A DNA stretch of 64,000 nt, from contig AP026129.1 of the NCBI GenBank assembly GCA_030295235.1, forward strand, positions 1,178,001 through 1,242,000, given 5' to 3'. A model generated the notes under the pieces. That model had not been told where the DNA came from, made no database searches, and worked only from the letters and a program-made list of their open reading frames with translations. Both the position numbers and the translations under genes were made by a program. How positions within the stretch are numbered: position 1 is the first letter of the stretch; every line of letters begins with the position of its first letter. This document shows positions 60,248 to 64,000 of the stretch, one piece after another. The DNA is from Fistulifera solaris (Eukaryota).

Positions 60248-62319
60248 ATGAATACTGATTTGCAAAAGAACGCGCGCAAGCGACATTTTCGGTCGAAGCC
60301 ATGACGCATTTCCTCGATGGCGGTGCATCGAAAACGGCGCGTCGTCGGGCCCTCGAAGCCCTGATTGCGGCGGACCCCATCTTTACCAATACAGACAATC
60401 TGTATTTGCATCGGACCGAGCGACACGTCCGTGCCTTACAGAAATTTGTGCATTTGATACGATTGTGTCGTGCTTGGGGCATTCACGGGAAGGACGGGGA
60501 AATTGTGTTGGATGACGATTTTCCCACACTACTCGCGGCCGTCGCGGATGATTTTCCCACCTCGTTGCATTGGGTCATGTTTGTTCCTAATATAATGAGT
60601 TTATGTGATGAAGAACAACAACAACGATGGTTACCACTGTGTCGCGATTGGAAGATGATTGGTTGTTATGCGCAAACCGAACTCGGACACGGCAGTAACG
60701 TGCGAGCGTTGGAAACGACCGCGACCTTTCAAAAAGAGTCGGAAGGAGGCATGAAAGGTGGCAGTTGGATCATTCATTCTCCGACGATTACCAGTGCTAA
60801 ATTTTGGCCCGGGACGTTGGGACGGACCGCCAATCATGCCATGGTGATTGCTCGCCTCATCGATGGACAAGGCATTGATCGGGGCATTCATAATTTCTTG
60901 GTGCCCTTGCGGTCCATGGAGGATCATTCTTTGCTAAAGGGAGTTGAAACCGGAGACATTGGTCCCAAAATTGGGTACAATACCATGGACAATGGCTATT
61001 GTCGGTTTGATCAGGTGCAAATACCCCGTCGCAACATGGCGATGCGCTTTGCATCCGTTGATGAAAATGGTCATTACACCAAGAAACAAGTTTCGGAAGC
61101 CACGTCCAAAATTGCGTACATTACCATGATGCAAGTTAGAGCTTATATTGTCAATGAAGCCGGCAAGCATTTGGCGCAAGCGTGTACCATTGCCACACGG
61201 TATTCCGCCGTCCGTCGCCAAGGTTATTCGGCGACCGGCGAGGAACTCCCCATTTTGGATTACAAACAACAACAATATCGTCTCTTGTCCATGATTGCGT
61301 GTTCGTATGGCTTCTTTTTTACCGGTCGACGATTGTTGCACCATTTACAAGACATACAACAAAAGCTTGTCCATCATCAGTCCGTCACGAAACAAGTCGT
61401 GGCGGATTTGCACGCGTCATCGTCCGCCCTCAAATCGTTCACTACCATGATTACCGCAAATGGTATGGAAGATTTGCGCAAAGCGTGTGGTGGACACGGA
61501 TTCTTGCAATCGTCGGGATTGCCGGAATTGGTGACAACCTACTTGCAGAATCCGACCGTCGAAGGAGACAATCACATGTTGCCGCAACAAGTGTTGAAAG
61601 TTTTGTTGAAAGTAGTCCACACCGTGTCAGAGGGGAATGTGTCAGCGTATGCTGCCTGCGATGCGTACGATTTGGTGCCATCGTTGCAAGTTCTGGTCCG
61701 TGGTGAAAGGAAACATGCCCGTCTTGGCACGACTTGATCGATAATTTGGACGTGCACTATCACGCCTTTCGTCATCGCGCGGCGGTGTTGTTGGTCCGGG
61801 TCGCTAGTTATCTGCAAGAACACTCTGATAAAATGGAGCAGGCGTGGAATGATGCACTCTTGGACATGGCCAAGGCTTCGGCGGCGTATGCGCAATTCTT
61901 GTTGCTGCGGAATTTCGTGCAAGGCATTGAGAGTAGTAGTCTAGGTCCGGCCGAAACGGCCGTTTTGAAAAGATTTGGCACGATTGTTTGGGTTGTACTG
62001 GATGGAACAGAATTTGGGGGATTGGTTGGAAGACAATTATTTCACCGCCGAGCATGCGCAACAGATCCGGGCCGGTGTTTTGCAGCTATTGGGAAGGATC
62101 CGCCCCAATGCGGTGGCCTTGGTGGATGCTCGTGATATTTCCGATTTCCGTCTCAAGAGTGCCTTGGGACGGTACGATGGGAATGTGTATCCAGCCATAA
62201 TGGAGGCGGCGCGTCGGGATCCGTTGAATCAACACGAGATTGGACCCGGGTACGAGCATCTAAAGAAATTGATTGTGGATGGTGTAGGAAAGTATCGTGG
62301 GCCTACTTCTCGGTTATAG
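60248..62319 (+). CDS. ACOX: Peroxisomal acyl-CoA oxidase
   Basis: Motifs LHWVMFVP, GCYAQTELGHGSNV..LETTA, KFWPG, GDIGPK, TRYSAVRRQ, RKACGGHGF, TVEGDN and SALGRYDGNVY. PTS1 SRL at the C-terminus. Frameshifts near 60265, 61710 and 61968. Confidence 0.95.
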
Positions 62320-62991
62320 TTTGTCGTTAGAGAAGAATTGTATTGCTTTTATTTCGTTGGTGGAAAAGAGTGTATTCTACCAGACTAGTTAAAGCGCTTC
62401 GTTCTCCGTCCGGGACTGAAAAATGGTCCCTCTTTCATACCGGGTAGTCGTCAAATTGATGCAAAAAAATTATGATCAGCAAACGTTTTTCGACGCAATT
62501 ACCAGGTACTCCAGGCGTGTCATACCAATGCTGCGCAAGGTTCTTTTAGTAACGCTACCAAGCAAGGAATCCTTGCTACCAGGTACGGTACCGGTTCCAG
62601 GTATTGCGCTTCTTGTTTCTGCCAAAATGGGCGAAATCAAACTCATGACTGAAATGCAGTCGTAGAAAAGGTCTCTTACACGCTACAAGTATAGTAACCT
62701 GAACGGATAAGGTATTACAGTGGCTCATTGGTACCGTTATGATGAAACGGAACTCCATTGATGAAAGAACGAATTACCGGTACGAGACGCTATTCCCGGA
62801 CTTCCCTCCAAGAAAAAACGCGCAGACGATGATCTTTTGCCGCCGCCATGGCGCTCGTCGAACCCAAAGACGCACCACGCGAAACAAAACCTGATGTGCG
62901 AGAGTTCCTTCCCTATAATTGGTGCTGGTGTCGTTCCCTCTAATAGACTATAGAATACCTTTAGAGCGTTCAATTCACAGAAAGAGAGAGA

Positions 62992-64000
62992 ATGGCATCG
63001 ATTACGAAATTAGCGATCCGTGGCGTGCGTTCGTTTAGTCCGGAGGATGATGAACAGGTACGAACGAATTGCATCATTGTGTTGCGTTCCTTCCCTTTTG
63101 ATCGCCCATCATCTCACTCTATATATATTGACAAGGTCCTAGAATTCTTTTTCCCGTTACTATTATCGTGGGAGCCAATGGGTGCGGAAAGTACGTTTCG
63201 TGAATGGTGTCATTCATACGTCTCTCATTCGTTTTTCAATCTCATTCGCTTGTTTCTTTCAAAGGACCACCATTATTGAAAGTTTAAAATACGCCATTAC
63301 GGGTGGCATGCCCCCGGGCGCGAATTCGGGACGTTCGTTTGTCCACGATCCAAAAAGCATCGGTCAACAGACCGTCAAAGCGAGTGTCAAATTGCGTTTC
63401 ACGAGTAAAGTGCGTGTTGCCATATGATGTCTGTGCTGCTGATCCATGTTCGCCTTTTTTGCCTTTTTTCTCCTCTTACCCCGTTCCTTCTATAGGCCGG
63501 ACAAAGCATGGTCGTAGTCCGTTCGATGGAATTGTCACAAAAAAGACGACATCGACGTTCCGTCAACTTGATGGTGTACTCCGCACGCAAGATCCGAACG
63601 GTGTCCGTCGGAACATTTCGCACAAATGCACCGAATTGGATCGACAAGTACCGCAATTGATGGGTGTCTCGAAAGCCATTCTAGATTATGTTCTCTTTTG
63701 TCATCAAGAAGATTCGTCCTGGCCGTGACAAGACAGTGCTGTTTTGAAAAAACGCTTTGATGAAATTTTTGATTCGTCGCGGTACACCAAAGCCATTGAA
63801 GTTTTGCGCAAGAAGGAAAAATCCTATATCAGTCTGGCCAAAGACATTAAAGTCGATTTGGCCGGTCTTCAAAGTCACAAACATGCGGCACAAGGATTTC
63901 GGAATGAATTGGAGACATTGAACGAAAATTTGGAAGAATTGGAAGATACAAAGAAGGATGCTTTGCAGAAATTGGCCGCGACCGAAGACGAAATTGCAAC
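62992..64000 (+). CDS. RAD50: DNA repair protein RAD50 (5' part, runs off the window)
   Basis: MASITKLAIRGVRSFSP, IVGANGCGK/TTIIESLKYAITG (Walker A split by an intron), FVHDPK, MGVSKAILDYVLFCHQEDSSWP and LKKRFDEIF. Several introns. In-frame TGA at 63726. Confidence 0.93.

Noticed and set aside
18471..64000. DNA-repair/RNA-decay gene cluster (DDB1, DIS3, RAD50)
   Set aside because: The genes are tens of kb apart among unrelated genes, as expected by chance in a compact genome

Overview
Gene-dense eukaryotic nuclear DNA, most likely from a pennate diatom. Evidence: short GT-AG introns, several bipartite plastid-targeting presequences of the ASAFAP type, and diatom-style gene families. About 36 protein-coding loci are supported, including SepSecS, class I aldolase, threonine dehydratase, DDB1, IscA, an RCC2-like protein, a TMTC O-mannosyltransferase, DIS3, GrpE, peroxisomal acyl-CoA oxidase and the 5' part of RAD50. 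There is also one PIF/Harbinger transposase and one decayed EF-hand/membrane pseudogene. Many conserved genes carry single-base frameshifts at homopolymers, which points to an unpolished long-read assembly, so apparent pseudogenisation must be read cautiously. The most unusual item is a stand-alone fatty acyl-AMP ligase fused to an acyl-carrier domain and ending in a CaaX prenylation box, placed head-to-head with an NDP-rhamnose epimerase/reductase. Other leads: a tiny thylakoid single-helix peptide, a plastid protein with a tandem PsaS/Psa29-like domain, a B3GNTL1/QTGAL-like tRNA glycosyltransferase, and a recurrent palindromic TACC(W)GGTA intergenic motif. No rRNA, tRNA or CRISPR array was recognised. 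All family assignments come from remembered motifs, not database searches.
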